A DNA stretch of 41,992 bases from Methanomicrobiales archaeon (GCA_003160755.1 QEXZ01000002.1:1-41992), one strand, 5' to 3'. Counted from the stretch's first letter, positions 16,717-26,164 are shown. Numbers and translations are program-made. Notes: generated from the letters alone by a model not told the origin.

Positions 16717-18474
16717 TTATATCTCTTCTTCCTCGCCCCTGCTTTCCTCCTCTTCCCTGCTTATCTCTTCTAACCGTTTCTTTATCGTGTCCTCATTCCA
16801 ACCATCCAGTTCATCGAATCTATACGTCTTATTATTAGAATACAGCAAATAATCTAAATACGGATTCCTGACTACTCTGTTCCTTATCTCGCGGCTTATC
16901 TCCTCCTCCCAGCCCCTTATATCCTCTTCCTCCGCCAGAAGCCGCACAAGAACCTGCCTTGTCGCCTCACCTCGCCTCCGTTCACGCAAAAACACTACCA
17001 CCGCGCTCGGCATCCTCGCAAGTTCTGGATACCTTTCAAACATCCGCGTATATTCTTCTCCCGTTGGTCTACCCATATCTATCTTTATCTTTGGCTCTCT
17101 GTTTATCGTTATCTTATTCCAGCTCAGTGCCGCATTCCCAAATTCTGATGCAAGTCTTACCCTCAGCTCCGCCCTTGAATCCTTCGGTGGAAATAACAAC
17201 GCTTCTCCTATCTCCTCTTCCGTTAATATTCGTTCAACGCCTATTTTATCCGCTATGCGCTCATATAAGTCATAATCGCAGAGATTGGTGAAATCAAACG
17301 AAGCCGCTATCTCTTTCTCTATCTCCTCATCCATCGTGTAGATGCTCCGATAATCGAATTTCCCTTTTGATGTGTATTTATAATCAAAATTATTTATCTC
17401 GTTCTTTATCACCCATAATTTCATCACCCATTCTAAACGCCGCACCACGTATGGGTCTTCAAGCAATCCCTGCCTGAACTTATCACAAAGCCTCTTGAAC
17501 GTTTCCAAAACGTATTTGTCCCAGTAGGACGTCTCTCGCTCATCAAACAGCTCCTCTATCACCGCGAGATAATTCGCCTCTAAGTAATCAACCGCCAGTT
17601 CAGTCCTTCCGTTCGTCAGTTTTACCCGCCAATCGCCTTCGGTATTTGCTGAAATGTCTTTAAATGTTTGAAGCGGATTCCCGATGTCCTCCACGTGCGA
17701 GAGTTTCCCGGTTTCTATTGCATCCAGAACATACGATGTGAGCGCATTATTGAGCAGCCGTGTAACTTCCGAGCGAACTCCTTCTCCCGATGTGACATGC
17801 ACACGGTATTTATCTTTTGTGCCCAATGGTTCATCGCGTGTAGACAATATAGGCCATTGAGACGGCGACTCGGTAAGAACCCGCTTTGAAACCATCGCTT
17901 TCGGCGAAATCACGTATTTTAATCCCTCCTTCTCCGCTATAAAACCGCCAGCACCAAAAAATATCTTACGCAGTATTAAAAAAGGTATAAACAGATTCTC
18001 TCTACCCACAAAGTTCCGCCGCACCACCTCATAGGATTCGTGCGTGCCCCTGCTATATCTCTTGTCTATCTCCACGTTTGCTTTCCAGCACTGGATGTAT
18101 GAAGGGCCATTTGCCCTTTTTCTCAATTTCTCCCGGTATTTTTTATTTGCTCGCTCTACACCTATCTGCATATACAGCTCCGCGGCTTTATCGTATTTCA
18201 GCGCCTCGAAGGCATTTCTGCACTCGGGTGTGGCTATCTCTAAGTGACCGCCCGTGCAGATATAAATCCGCGAGCCGTTTCTCAAAAACCCGTCATTTCT
18301 CCGCCGCAGCTTCGAGCATACCGCATTCGTACCGTCAAAAAAAGTATAATTCTCAAGTGCGTGAATCACTTCGTCAACATGATAAAATCTCGCATACCTG
18401 TACAAGCCGGGCGATTCTGAACTTATACCCACTCTAAATTCGTGCTCTACCCCTTGCCATTTGTTCAAATCCAT
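16717..18474 (-). CDS. pafA: PafA/Dop family enzyme, PafA-like (putative modifier-protein ligase)
   Basis: GVEHEF, FLRNGSRIYICTGGHLEIATPEC, SRGTHESY, PILSTRDEP, RVHV, EWVMKL, PPKDSRAELR. Confidence 0.72.
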   Translation of the reverse strand: MDLNKWQGVEHEFRVGISSESPGLYRYARFYHVDEVIHALENYTFFDGTNAVCSKLRRRNDGFLRNGSRIYICTGGHLEIATPECRNAFEALKYDKAAELYMQIGVERANKKYREKLRKRANGPSYIQCWKANVEIDKRYSRGTHESYEVVRRNFVGRENLFIPFLILRKIFFGAGGFIAEKEGLKYVISPKAMVSKRVLTESPSQWPILSTRDEPLGTKDKYRVHVTSGEGVRSEVTRLLNNALTSYVLDAIETGKLSHVEDIGNPLQTFKDISANTEGDWRVKLTNGRTELAVDYLEANYLAVIEELFDERETSYWDKYVLETFKRLCDKFRQGLLEDPYVVRRLEWVMKLWVIKNEINNFDYKYTSKGKFDYRSIYTMDEEIEKEIAASFDFTNLCDYDLYERIADKIGVERILTEEEIGEALLFPPKDSRAELRVRLASEFGNAALSWNKITINREPKIKIDMGRPTGEEYTRMFERYPELARMPSAVVVFLRERRRGEATRQVLVRLLAEEEDIRGWEEEISREIRNRVVRNPYLDYLLYSNNKTYRFDELDGWNEDTIKKRLEEISREEEESRGEEEEI

Positions 18475-18545
18475 TTTTATTGCATGTTACGGCGGCGGTA
18501 TGGTAGGATATGATATGTGAGTTGTCAGGTGTTAGCCTCTTTTAA

Positions 18546-18581
18546 GCCAAACACCTGAAACCTCAACCCTAAAACCTAAAA
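18546..18581. repeat. Degenerate heptamer tract and hairpin between the arc-like and pafA-like genes
   Basis: gccaaacacctgaaacctcaaccctaaaacctaaaa; tcaggtgtt/aacacctga inverted pair; reverse complement resembles 41391-41416. Confidence 0.6.
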
Positions 18582-20207
18582 GTGCATCCCTGTTTCTTCC
18601 TCTGGCATCTCGCCAAACCCTGATGTTAATATCTCCTCGGCTCTTCGCTCCACAAACTTGTCAAATCCTTCCTTCAGATGGCGCATGTTCACTCCTATCT
18701 CTTCTATGCGTTTATACCGCTTCTGCAAGTCCTTCGTCTTGCTCCCCGCATCTAATATCGCTGCGATTCCTTCCTTATCCCACATTCTTCGCATATCCTC
18801 ATTGCCGATAACTCCTTTTTTAAGCATCAGCAATGTCCTCTCCTCCAATGCCTTGTCCCTCGCATAGTTGAATATCTGCGCTATGAACCTCCCGGTTATC
18901 GTATCCGCCCTCTTTATCCGCCCTATTTCTGTCTCAATATACTTATCGCTGTACATATAGCCGACAATCTCTTTCACCAGATGCAACCGCGCTTCTTCTT
19001 CTCCTCCTTCTTCCTTTATCAGGTAGTGGTCAACAGGAATCTTTTTAGCATATAGAGAGGCAATGGAATACACCGCTTCCTTATCAGGCTTTGGAACCTC
19101 AATTATCTTGTCAAATCTCGCCCGGAATGCCGAATCTATAAGATACAGCCTGTTTGTTGCTCCTATCACGGTAAGGTGCGGATGCAGCGCATGGAAACCC
19201 TCCAACAGGTCAAGCAGTTGCCCGGTGACTCTCTCAGGCGCTCCGGAAGAGCCCGTGTACATGCCCCTTTCCTGTGCTAACGCATCTATCTCATCAAAGA
19301 AAATCACACCATAGTCATTTTCCCCTTCCTCTAATTTCGCGTTCGCCGCTTCGAACACCATTCGCACATTCTTCTCCGATTCGCCAAGCCACATACTGAA
19401 AAGTTCTCCTGCTCCGACCTTCACAAATTCACAATTTGGTAATGCAGATGCTAACGCCTTTGCGCACATCGTTTTCCCGCATCCCGGCGGACCATACATT
19501 AATATCCTCCGTGAGCATTCACCATATTTTGTATAGTCATCAGGGTTCACCATCGGAAGAATAATGCTCTTTATCAATTCCTGTTTTATCTCCTTTAAAC
19601 CACCAATGGCATTAAAACTCACTCCAGGATTCTTTGTGACTTCATAGCGGGAGATTTCCTTCGCCTTATAACTCTTCTTTATGTCAAACGTGCCGGGAAG
19701 AAGCCCCACCTTCATCCCCTCTTTTACCCTTTCCTTTTCTTCTTCGCTTAGCCTTTTATATAGCCTACCACGTCCTTTCCCAGTTGATATTTCTCCAACC
19801 CATCCATCGTCGTCCTTCCTCAACTCCTCTATCTCGCCCACCTCTAAATCCACCATTCTGTCGTACACCTTCGTGATGCCTATGGTAAATCCACTGGGGT
19901 TGTTCCTGTCCGGGATACGCCCTACAAATACAAATTTACCCGACTTCAAATCCTTTATCTCCATCTCTGTTAGCGTTCCGTAGGGTAAAGCCTTTAATGC
20001 ACCATTCAGGTTAACAATGGCGCCTTCTTCCGCCTTCTCCACCACAAAACCACAGTCCAAAGGCGGCGACCGTGATTTAGACACGAGTTTCTCCAAATCC
20101 AGTTTATACGCCTCTGTCTCCTCGTATTTCCTCATCAACCGCCGATAGTCGCTCTCTAACCGTTCATACTCGTATCTTGGGATATAGTCCCCTTCCATTT
20201 CTTCCAT
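18576..20207 (-). CDS. arc: ARC/Mpa-like proteasomal AAA+ ATPase
   Basis: N-terminal coiled coil, RSPP, long (two-OB-sized) interdomain, PGVSFNAIGGL, YGPPGCGKT, MWLGESE pore loop, IFFDEIDA, GATNR..ID.A..RFD. Start at MEEME (20207) with GGGTGG upstream. Confidence 0.8.
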   Translation of the reverse strand: MEEMEGDYIPRYEYERLESDYRRLMRKYEETEAYKLDLEKLVSKSRSPPLDCGFVVEKAEEGAIVNLNGALKALPYGTLTEMEIKDLKSGKFVFVGRIPDRNNPSGFTIGITKVYDRMVDLEVGEIEELRKDDDGWVGEISTGKGRGRLYKRLSEEEKERVKEGMKVGLLPGTFDIKKSYKAKEISRYEVTKNPGVSFNAIGGLKEIKQELIKSIILPMVNPDDYTKYGECSRRILMYGPPGCGKTMCAKALASALPNCEFVKVGAGELFSMWLGESEKNVRMVFEAANAKLEEGENDYGVIFFDEIDALAQERGMYTGSSGAPERVTGQLLDLLEGFHALHPHLTVIGATNRLYLIDSAFRARFDKIIEVPKPDKEAVYSIASLYAKKIPVDHYLIKEEGGEEEARLHLVKEIVGYMYSDKYIETEIGRIKRADTITGRFIAQIFNYARDKALEERTLLMLKKGVIGNEDMRRMWDKEGIAAILDAGSKTKDLQKRYKRIEEIGVNMRHLKEGFDKFVERRAEEILTSGFGEMPEEETGMHF

Positions 20208-20283
20208 CTTCAACCACCCTTTCTTAATATGAGAATATATGAGAATAATAATGTATTTAATAAAAATGCAACATCGCACCAAG

Positions 20284-20299
20284 ATATTTATATAAATAT
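20284..20299. promoter_or_regulatory. Perfect 16-bp AT palindrome containing TTTATATAAA; candidate bidirectional TATA box for arc/phoU
   Basis: atatttatataaatat lies in the ~117-bp divergent intergenic region. Confidence 0.5.
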
Positions 20300-20324
20300 A
20301 TTTACAATATATAGAATTATAGTG

Positions 20325-21395
20325 ATGATGAACGAGGAGAAGAGAAAGGTACAGCTCACTGGCGGTTCTACACTTACCGTATCGCTTCCCGTAAAATGGG
20401 CACGAGCCGCTGGGATAAAGCATGGAGACGAACTCTCGTTAATTCAACGTAGTGATAACTCCCTGCTGATAACACCAGAGAAGAGCGAAGAAGAGCGAAT
20501 AAAATCCGCTGAACTCGAACTCTCGGAGAACGAAAGCTTTGAGGATAACTTCAGATACCTCATTTCTTATTATCTCGTTGGATATGACCTCGTAAAGCTT
20601 TTATCTCCTAAGGGTTTCGAGGCGGAGGAACGGAAGCGGATAAAGGAGGAGGTAAGGAAGAGGCTGATAGGTATGGAGGTTGTTGGCGAGTCATCAAAGG
20701 AGATAATACTTCAGAGTTTCTTGAAATACGAGGATTTTACGCTGCGTGATGCGATTCGGAGCATGTCCGAGATAATAGTGTCAATGCATGGAGATGCGAT
20801 TACCGCACTTGAGAAAGGTGACCGGAACCTCGCGGAGGATGTTACGGAGCGTGATAATGAGATAGACCGATTTTATTTGCTTATTGTGAGGCAGCTAAAG
20901 GCTGCGATGAGCGACCCCGAGCTTGCAAACAAGATAGGCGTGGGCAGACAGCGTGATAGCCTTGGATACCGGATAATAGTGAAGAGTATGGAAAGGATAG
21001 GCGACCACGTGGAGAATATAGCGAAGAATGCAATGTTAATGAATCAAACAAGCTCGGTGCTGATGCGGGAACCCGAAGCGGCATTGAGAATCGCAACGTT
21101 GAAGCGTATAAAAGAAATTGGCTTTCGCACCGAAAATATATTCATCAAGACGCGGGCTTCCTTGTCAGATATGGATATGAAGGAGGCGAACGAAACGATA
21201 AGGGATGCAAATACGCTGGTAGACAAGCTGGAGGAACTAAATGAGCAGATTTTAGCAGAAGAGCTGAGTATTACCGACAAAGTACATATTCTTTCTATCC
21301 TGGAGAGTCTGGGAAGAATAGCGAAATATTGCGGGGATATAGCGGAGGTAACGATAAATATGGGGACGAGGATAGCAGGGGAGCTGGAATTTTAA
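20325..21395 (+). CDS. phoU: Phosphate uptake regulator (AbrB DNA-binding domain + PhoU repeats)
   Basis: RKVQLTGGSTLTVSLPVKW, ISYYLVGYD, RDNEIDRFY, MERIGDH. Confidence 0.9.
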   Translation: MMNEEKRKVQLTGGSTLTVSLPVKWARAAGIKHGDELSLIQRSDNSLLITPEKSEEERIKSAELELSENESFEDNFRYLISYYLVGYDLVKLLSPKGFEAEERKRIKEEVRKRLIGMEVVGESSKEIILQSFLKYEDFTLRDAIRSMSEIIVSMHGDAITALEKGDRNLAEDVTERDNEIDRFYLLIVRQLKAAMSDPELANKIGVGRQRDSLGYRIIVKSMERIGDHVENIAKNAMLMNQTSSVLMREPEAALRIATLKRIKEIGFRTENIFIKTRASLSDMDMKEANETIRDANTLVDKLEELNEQILAEELSITDKVHILSILESLGRIAKYCGDIAEVTINMGTRIAGELEF

Positions 21396-21512
21396 TATTC
21401 ATATAGAACCACGAGATTACACAAGATTCACACAGAAGAGAGAAAAATACGTCCACCTGAAGTAAAAGATAAATAAAAACTAATCCAATTATAACTATAG
21501 TGATGGGGAAGA

Positions 21513-22880
21513 ATGTTAGATAACTTAAGCAGATCGCTGAAGGAAACGATTCGGAAGATAGCGAAGGCGAAGCGGATAGACAAACAGACAGTGGACGAGC
21601 TGGTGCGGGACATACAGCGGGCGTTGATACAGGCGGATGTAAAGATTTCACTGGTGAAGGAGATTTCGAGTCGCATACGCGAGCGCAGTTTGAAGGAGAA
21701 GTTAGTACTGAATCCGAGGGAGCATGTGATAAAGGTAGTGTACGAGGAGTTGATAAACATTATAGGAAGGAGTGTGGAGGTTCCTTTAACGGCGCAGAGA
21801 ATAATGATGGTGGGTTTGCATGGCACGGGAAAAACATCTTCGTGTGCAAAACTTGCGAGGTATTATCAAAAGAAGGGTTTAAAGCCGGCGGTTATCTGTG
21901 CTGACGTTTATAGACCCGCAGCAGCGGAGCAGTTGAGGCAGCTATGCGAAAAGATAGGCGTTCCTTTTTACGACGGTGCGAATCTACCTGAACGAGAAAA
22001 GGGGGTGATGGGCATCGTGAATGCCGGCGTGAAAGAATTTGATAAGTATGACGTCAAGATAATAGACACCGCAGGGAGACATGCACTGGAAAAAGAGATG
22101 ATAAAGGAGATAGAGGATATAAAAAGGGCAATAAATCCAGAACAGCGTCTCCTCGTTCTTGATGCGAGCATAGGGCAGCAGGCGTCGGTACAGGCACACG
22201 CATTTGACGATGCGATTGGAATTACGGGCATAATAATCACTAAAATGGATGGAACGGCGAAGGGTGGTGGTGCGCTTTCTGCCGTCGCGGAAACGAATTC
22301 CGGAGTGGCTTTTATAGGCACGGGAGAAAAGACAGACGATTTTGAGCGATTTGAATCCGATGGGTTCATCTCACGGCTGCTCGGAATGGGGGACATAAAG
22401 GCACTGATAGAGACCGCGGAGGCGAGTTTAAAGCCGGAGGATGTGGATGCTGACTTCCTGAAGGGTAAATTCACGTTAAAGGATTTGTATAAGCAGTTAG
22501 AAGCAATGAAGAAGATGGGCCCATTGAAGAAAGTAATGGAGATGCTGCCTTTAGGTGGGCTTGGGCTGGGGCTCGGTGTTAATTTGGACGATACGATGTA
22601 TCAGGTTACCGAAGATAAACTGAAAAGATACAAAGTGATGATGGATTCGATGACTGAGGAGGAGCTGACCGAGCCGAAAACAATAGATGGGTCGAGGACG
22701 AAAAGAATAGCAAGGGGTTCCGGGACGACAACTGCGGAGGTGAACGAACTGATAAAGTATCACCGGATGATGCAAAAGATGATGAAAAGTCTGACTTTGG
22801 GACGAGGAGGCGGGAAAATACCGGGGATGAAAGGGATGAAAATGCCGACATCTATGTCAATGGGTAAGATGATGAAGTAA
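21513..22880 (+). CDS. srp54: Signal recognition particle protein SRP54
   Basis: [50 protein letters not shown], Met-rich M domain, RIARGSG. Confidence 0.97.
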   Translation: MLDNLSRSLKETIRKIAKAKRIDKQTVDELVRDIQRALIQADVKISLVKEISSRIRERSLKEKLVLNPREHVIKVVYEELINIIGRSVEVPLTAQRIMMVGLHGTGKTSSCAKLARYYQKKGLKPAVICADVYRPAAAEQLRQLCEKIGVPFYDGANLPEREKGVMGIVNAGVKEFDKYDVKIIDTAGRHALEKEMIKEIEDIKRAINPEQRLLVLDASIGQQASVQAHAFDDAIGITGIIITKMDGTAKGGGALSAVAETNSGVAFIGTGEKTDDFERFESDGFISRLLGMGDIKALIETAEASLKPEDVDADFLKGKFTLKDLYKQLEAMKKMGPLKKVMEMLPLGGLGLGLGVNLDDTMYQVTEDKLKRYKVMMDSMTEEELTEPKTIDGSRTKRIARGSGTTTAEVNELIKYHRMMQKMMKSLTLGRGGGKIPGMKGMKMPTSMSMGKMMK

Positions 22881-22881
22881 T

Positions 22882-22946
22882 AAGGGGCCAGACCCCCCTT
22901 ATCAACCCTCCCAGCCAAAGAAAGGGGCCAGACCCCCTTTATCAAC
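22882..22946 (+). repeat. Two direct copies (40-bp spacing) of the hairpin AAGGGG-CCAGAC-CCCCTT-atcaac
   Basis: 22882-22906 and 22922-22946, directly after the srp54 stop; possible terminator or REP-like element. Confidence 0.8.
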
Positions 22947-22959
22947 AAACCTTTTCTTA

Positions 22960-23003
22960 TGTGGGGTTCCACCCCACCACCCCGCAAGCCCGGTAAGGGC
23001 TTA
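22960..23003 (+). repeat. Double-hairpin repeat family B, copy 3 (inside a family-C palindrome)
   Basis: GTGGGG-ttcca-CCCCAC caccccgc AAGCCC-ggtaa-GGGCTT a, flanked by aaaccttttct ... agaaaagcttt. Confidence 0.85.
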
Positions 23004-23037
23004 TAGAAAAGCTTTACCAAAAGAACTTGGTTTTGGA

Positions 23038-23448
23038 TTGAACCTTTTTCTTTCGTTGAACGATACGGTCATTCCTTATGAGAACGCGCAGCAGACGTAT
23101 GCAAAGGCGGGTGAGCCGAAGGAACTGAAGAGAAAGGGAGTGGTAGTAGTGCCGATAAGAGAGAGAAATGATACTGAGCGGGATGTGGATGTGATAAAAG
23201 AAGCGATAAAAATAGTGTCTAAGCTGAGAGAATTCTTTCCTACACACATAGACGTGATGAGCAGAAGTCTAAGCGCCCAGTTGTCTCATGCTAATGCCAT
23301 TAATGCCTCGTTTGTAGTGTTCGTTGGTAAAAATGAGCTGAAAGAAGGGAAATTGACGTTGAGAAATCTCGGCACGGGGGAGCAAGAGAAAATGGGCGTA
23401 GAGGAATGCGTAGAAAGGATAAAGGCGTGTTTTGATGATGAAAAATAA
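23038..23448 (+). pseudogene. hisS: Histidyl-tRNA synthetase C-terminal anticodon-binding domain fragment
   Basis: VVVVPI...AIKIVSKLR...DVMSRSLSAQLSHAN...VVFVGKNELKEGKLTLRNLGTGEQ. No catalytic domain upstream; weak TTG start. Confidence 0.7.
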
Positions 23449-23830
23449 TTCTTTGACAGAAAGAAAGAAAAAGTATTTGAGGATATTATCCATATTTCCT
23501 CCATTTGATTGGTATATTAACCTGAATACGAATCCTTGGGATGTGCCAGATAGACATCGTAAAGTTGCATTAATTGAGCACACTTTATATGGATTGGTTG
23601 GATTTATGGCATCGTTTCTGCTAAGTCTTAAGCTTGCTATCTTGGTGTTCATCATAGCTGCTTCTATTGGAACACCTATTGAGGCGTACCTTGGTATGAA
23701 AGGCAGGTGGATATGGAAATTTTTGAAAGGAAGAGAAAAAAAGGACCTTTTTGTTTTGTTTCTGTGTATGCTAACAAATGTATTTATTTACTATATAATA
23801 GGTGCATACATTGCTAACACTCTTCCATAA
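23432..23830 (+). CDS. Hypothetical membrane protein
   Basis: ~3 hydrophobic segments; AT-rich. Confidence 0.6.
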   Translation: MMMKNNSLTERKKKYLRILSIFPPFDWYINLNTNPWDVPDRHRKVALIEHTLYGLVGFMASFLLSLKLAILVFIIAASIGTPIEAYLGMKGRWIWKFLKGREKKDLFVLFLCMLTNVFIYYIIGAYIANTLP

Positions 23831-23887
23831 CGACGAAGATTTCATCAAAAATTTATAAAGAACCTTATTGTAAAAAATGAAGAACCC

Positions 23888-24751
23888 ATGAATTCCACAG
23901 AGAATGAGAATGCGTTGGCAGAGGAATTGGTAGAACTGATGAAGGTCAGCGTTAAGGAGAATATTGCTGATGCCGTTCTGTTATCAGGCGGATTGGACTC
24001 CTCAGTAATTGCCTGTTTAGCAAGCGAATACCTTGAATCTAAACCCACTGCTATCGTAGTTGCATTAGAGGATGGCACGGATATCCATTACTCACGGTTG
24101 GTAGCTGAGACGTTTGGACTGGAACTTAAAGTAAAGATATTCGATATTGAAGCTGCAATAAAGTCAATCCCCGAGGTAGTAAAGGCTCTTAATACTCATA
24201 ATCCCATGCTGATCAGGTTTGGAGTAGCCATGTATGCTGCTCTGTCCTACGCTAAGGAGCTGGATTTCTCAGCGGTTATGACCGGCGACGGCGGTGATGA
24301 ACTCTTCTTTGGTTATCGCCACCTGTTCACACGTGAGCAAAAGGAAATTGAGGAGAGGATGGGAGATAAGATCAGAAGGATAAAAGAGAAAGAGCCACTT
24401 GTATCTGAAGCATTTGGTAATCTTCTCGGGATAGATGTTAAACAGCCTTTTCTGGACCCGGGGATTATTGAATTTGCATCAAAAATACCTTTTGAGCTTA
24501 AGGTTCATAAGACAAAGACAAATGGCGAAGAGGAAGTAATAGGAAAGTGGATTCTGCGTAAAGCATTTGAGAATCTTCTACCAGGCGAGATTATCTGGCG
24601 AAGAAAGGAAGAGACGGATATATCTCGTGGTACAGACAAATTATCGCGGATTGTTTCTTCGAGAATGTCGGATGATGAATTCGAGCAAATATCAAAAGAG
24701 GCAGGGATAGCCAGCCGTGAAGAGGCTTATTATTATAAGATGATGCGATAA
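23888..24751 (+). CDS. Asparagine synthase C-terminal (PP-loop) domain protein
   Basis: LLSGGLDSS, TGDGGDELFFGY, PFLD, GKWILRKAF, WRRKE; no glutaminase domain. Confidence 0.85.
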   Translation: MNSTENENALAEELVELMKVSVKENIADAVLLSGGLDSSVIACLASEYLESKPTAIVVALEDGTDIHYSRLVAETFGLELKVKIFDIEAAIKSIPEVVKALNTHNPMLIRFGVAMYAALSYAKELDFSAVMTGDGGDELFFGYRHLFTREQKEIEERMGDKIRRIKEKEPLVSEAFGNLLGIDVKQPFLDPGIIEFASKIPFELKVHKTKTNGEEEVIGKWILRKAFENLLPGEIIWRRKEETDISRGTDKLSRIVSSRMSDDEFEQISKEAGIASREEAYYYKMMR

Positions 24752-25069
24752 ACAAACTTATTTAGGAACTTTGAAAATATGAACATCCGAAAATTTGCAT
24801 GCTCACTTTCCTTAGAGATTCTTGTGAGGTAGAGCCCATATCCCATCCTCTTGGCTTCATCACCGCCTGTTTTCGGCACACTCATATCCCCTTCGCTTTT
24901 CACCCTCATCGCTTTTTAGGTAAAAAGTAGGGAAGGGTAAATCGTTAAATCCAACAAGGGAGATAATCTCGAGTGGAAGTCTTACCAAAAACCTTAAATA
25001 CCCTCTTGACAATTTACTTTACATAGAACTCACGGAGGCACCCCGAGGAGCGCTATATAAGTACATCGT

Positions 25070-25321
25070 ATGAACATGAAAAAAGAAGAGCTTATACACC
25101 TACATATGTTATTAGCGCGGTTGAAGAAGTATTGTGAGGAAAATAGGTTGGACTGTGATTTCACGAAGTATAACGAGCTGGGTATCTCCCCTTTCCAGGT
25201 GCACCGAAGCAAAGAAGAGCACAAGCAGGCGATTTTCGTTCTTGGGACCGAACTTGTCTCGATGACGGCGAAGACCCGTTTCTCGGAGAATAAAGAAACT
25301 TTAGAGAGGATGCAAGAATAA
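25070..25321 (+). CDS. UPF0058 family protein
   Basis: MKKEELIHLHMLL, YNELGISP, HRSKEEHKQAIFVLG. Confidence 0.85.
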   Translation: MNMKKEELIHLHMLLARLKKYCEENRLDCDFTKYNELGISPFQVHRSKEEHKQAIFVLGTELVSMTAKTRFSENKETLERMQE

Positions 25322-25447
25322 GGCAGGCTGTTCAGCTTAGCAGAACACGCTTCCATACGAAGAAAATAACACTCTTCGGTTGCAAATTTGTTAATAAATA
25401 AGGAGTATTTTAACGTTTGTGTTCCCAATACCTGTCGTAGAAACAAA

Positions 25448-26164
25448 TTAGTTCAATATCTTTATATGCTCATAAACTAAGTCTGGTAAGAAACCAGCAA
25501 TTTCCTTGTACTTTTGCTCACATCTTTTCAACCCAGTTTCTATTCGCTTGCGCTCATTGATTTGGGACTTTAGTTCCACTCCTTTTCTGAATAATGCCCC
25601 CTCCACCTGCTTTCGCTCGTTGATTTCTTGCTCCAGTTCCAGATTTTTTTTGACTATTTTGGCATATAGTCCGGCATTTTCAAGTACTGCTGCGGCTTGG
25701 CTTGCAGCTATGGTTAAGAAGGCTATCTCGATTTCTGTGAATTCATGGGGATTTGCCATGTAGATGTTCAGCAGACCTATAATCTCGCCCTTTCGTTTCA
25801 TTGGCATAAATATCTGCGCCGAGATGCCTAACTCACGACCAAGGTCCATCCAGGGTTTATCTCGAGGCTCCTTGAAGACATTAGGCACCAGATAATAACG
25901 CCCGGTCTTCAAAGCCACTCCAGATGGGCTTGTAGTGAGGGGCACTCCCTTGCTGTAAACTCTTTCGATATAATCGTCTGGAAGACCAAAAGTAGCAACC
26001 ATCACAAGTTCATCGGTCTCCTCATCGATGAGCATAATAGACCCCGAATGTGCGCCCATCGCATTCCCCACACGATTAAGAATCTCGTTAAGTATTTGTT
26101 TATGGTCTCTCTTCAGGTCTATTTTCGAAATACTCAACAGTGCTTTTAACTTTAGATTTGTCAT
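25448..26164 (-). CDS. GAF-domain sensor protein, apparently truncated at the start of a PAS domain
   Basis: GAF (GSIMLIDEE...IGLLNIY...FTEIEIAFLTIAASQAAAVLENA), coiled coil ERKQVE/ERKRIE, then EQKYKEIAGFLPDLVY and stop. Confidence 0.75.
   Translation of the reverse strand: MTNLKLKALLSISKIDLKRDHKQILNEILNRVGNAMGAHSGSIMLIDEETDELVMVATFGLPDDYIERVYSKGVPLTTSPSGVALKTGRYYLVPNVFKEPRDKPWMDLGRELGISAQIFMPMKRKGEIIGLLNIYMANPHEFTEIEIAFLTIAASQAAAVLENAGLYAKIVKKNLELEQEINERKQVEGALFRKGVELKSQINERKRIETGLKRCEQKYKEIAGFLPDLVYEHIKILN

Noticed and set aside
18576..20207. Calling the ATPase the ordinary archaeal PAN or Cdc48
   Set aside because: It has a single AAA domain with GPPGCGKT, a longer interdomain than PAN, and sits in an operon with PafA/Dop-family genes; ARC-like fits better.
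20208..20423. N-terminal extensions of the arc (to 20423) and phoU (from 20229) ORFs
   Set aside because: They overlap head-to-head across AT-rich promoter DNA; starts at 20207 and 20325 are better supported.
22881..23030. SRP RNA or tRNA after srp54
   Set aside because: The GC-rich hairpins are short dispersed repeats; there is no cloverleaf, T-loop or SRP helix-8 motif.
24734..24910. Short minus-strand ORF (MRVKSEGDMSVPKTGGDEAKRMG...)
   Set aside because: Under 60 aa, overlaps the end of the asparagine synthase gene, and matches no family I can recognise.
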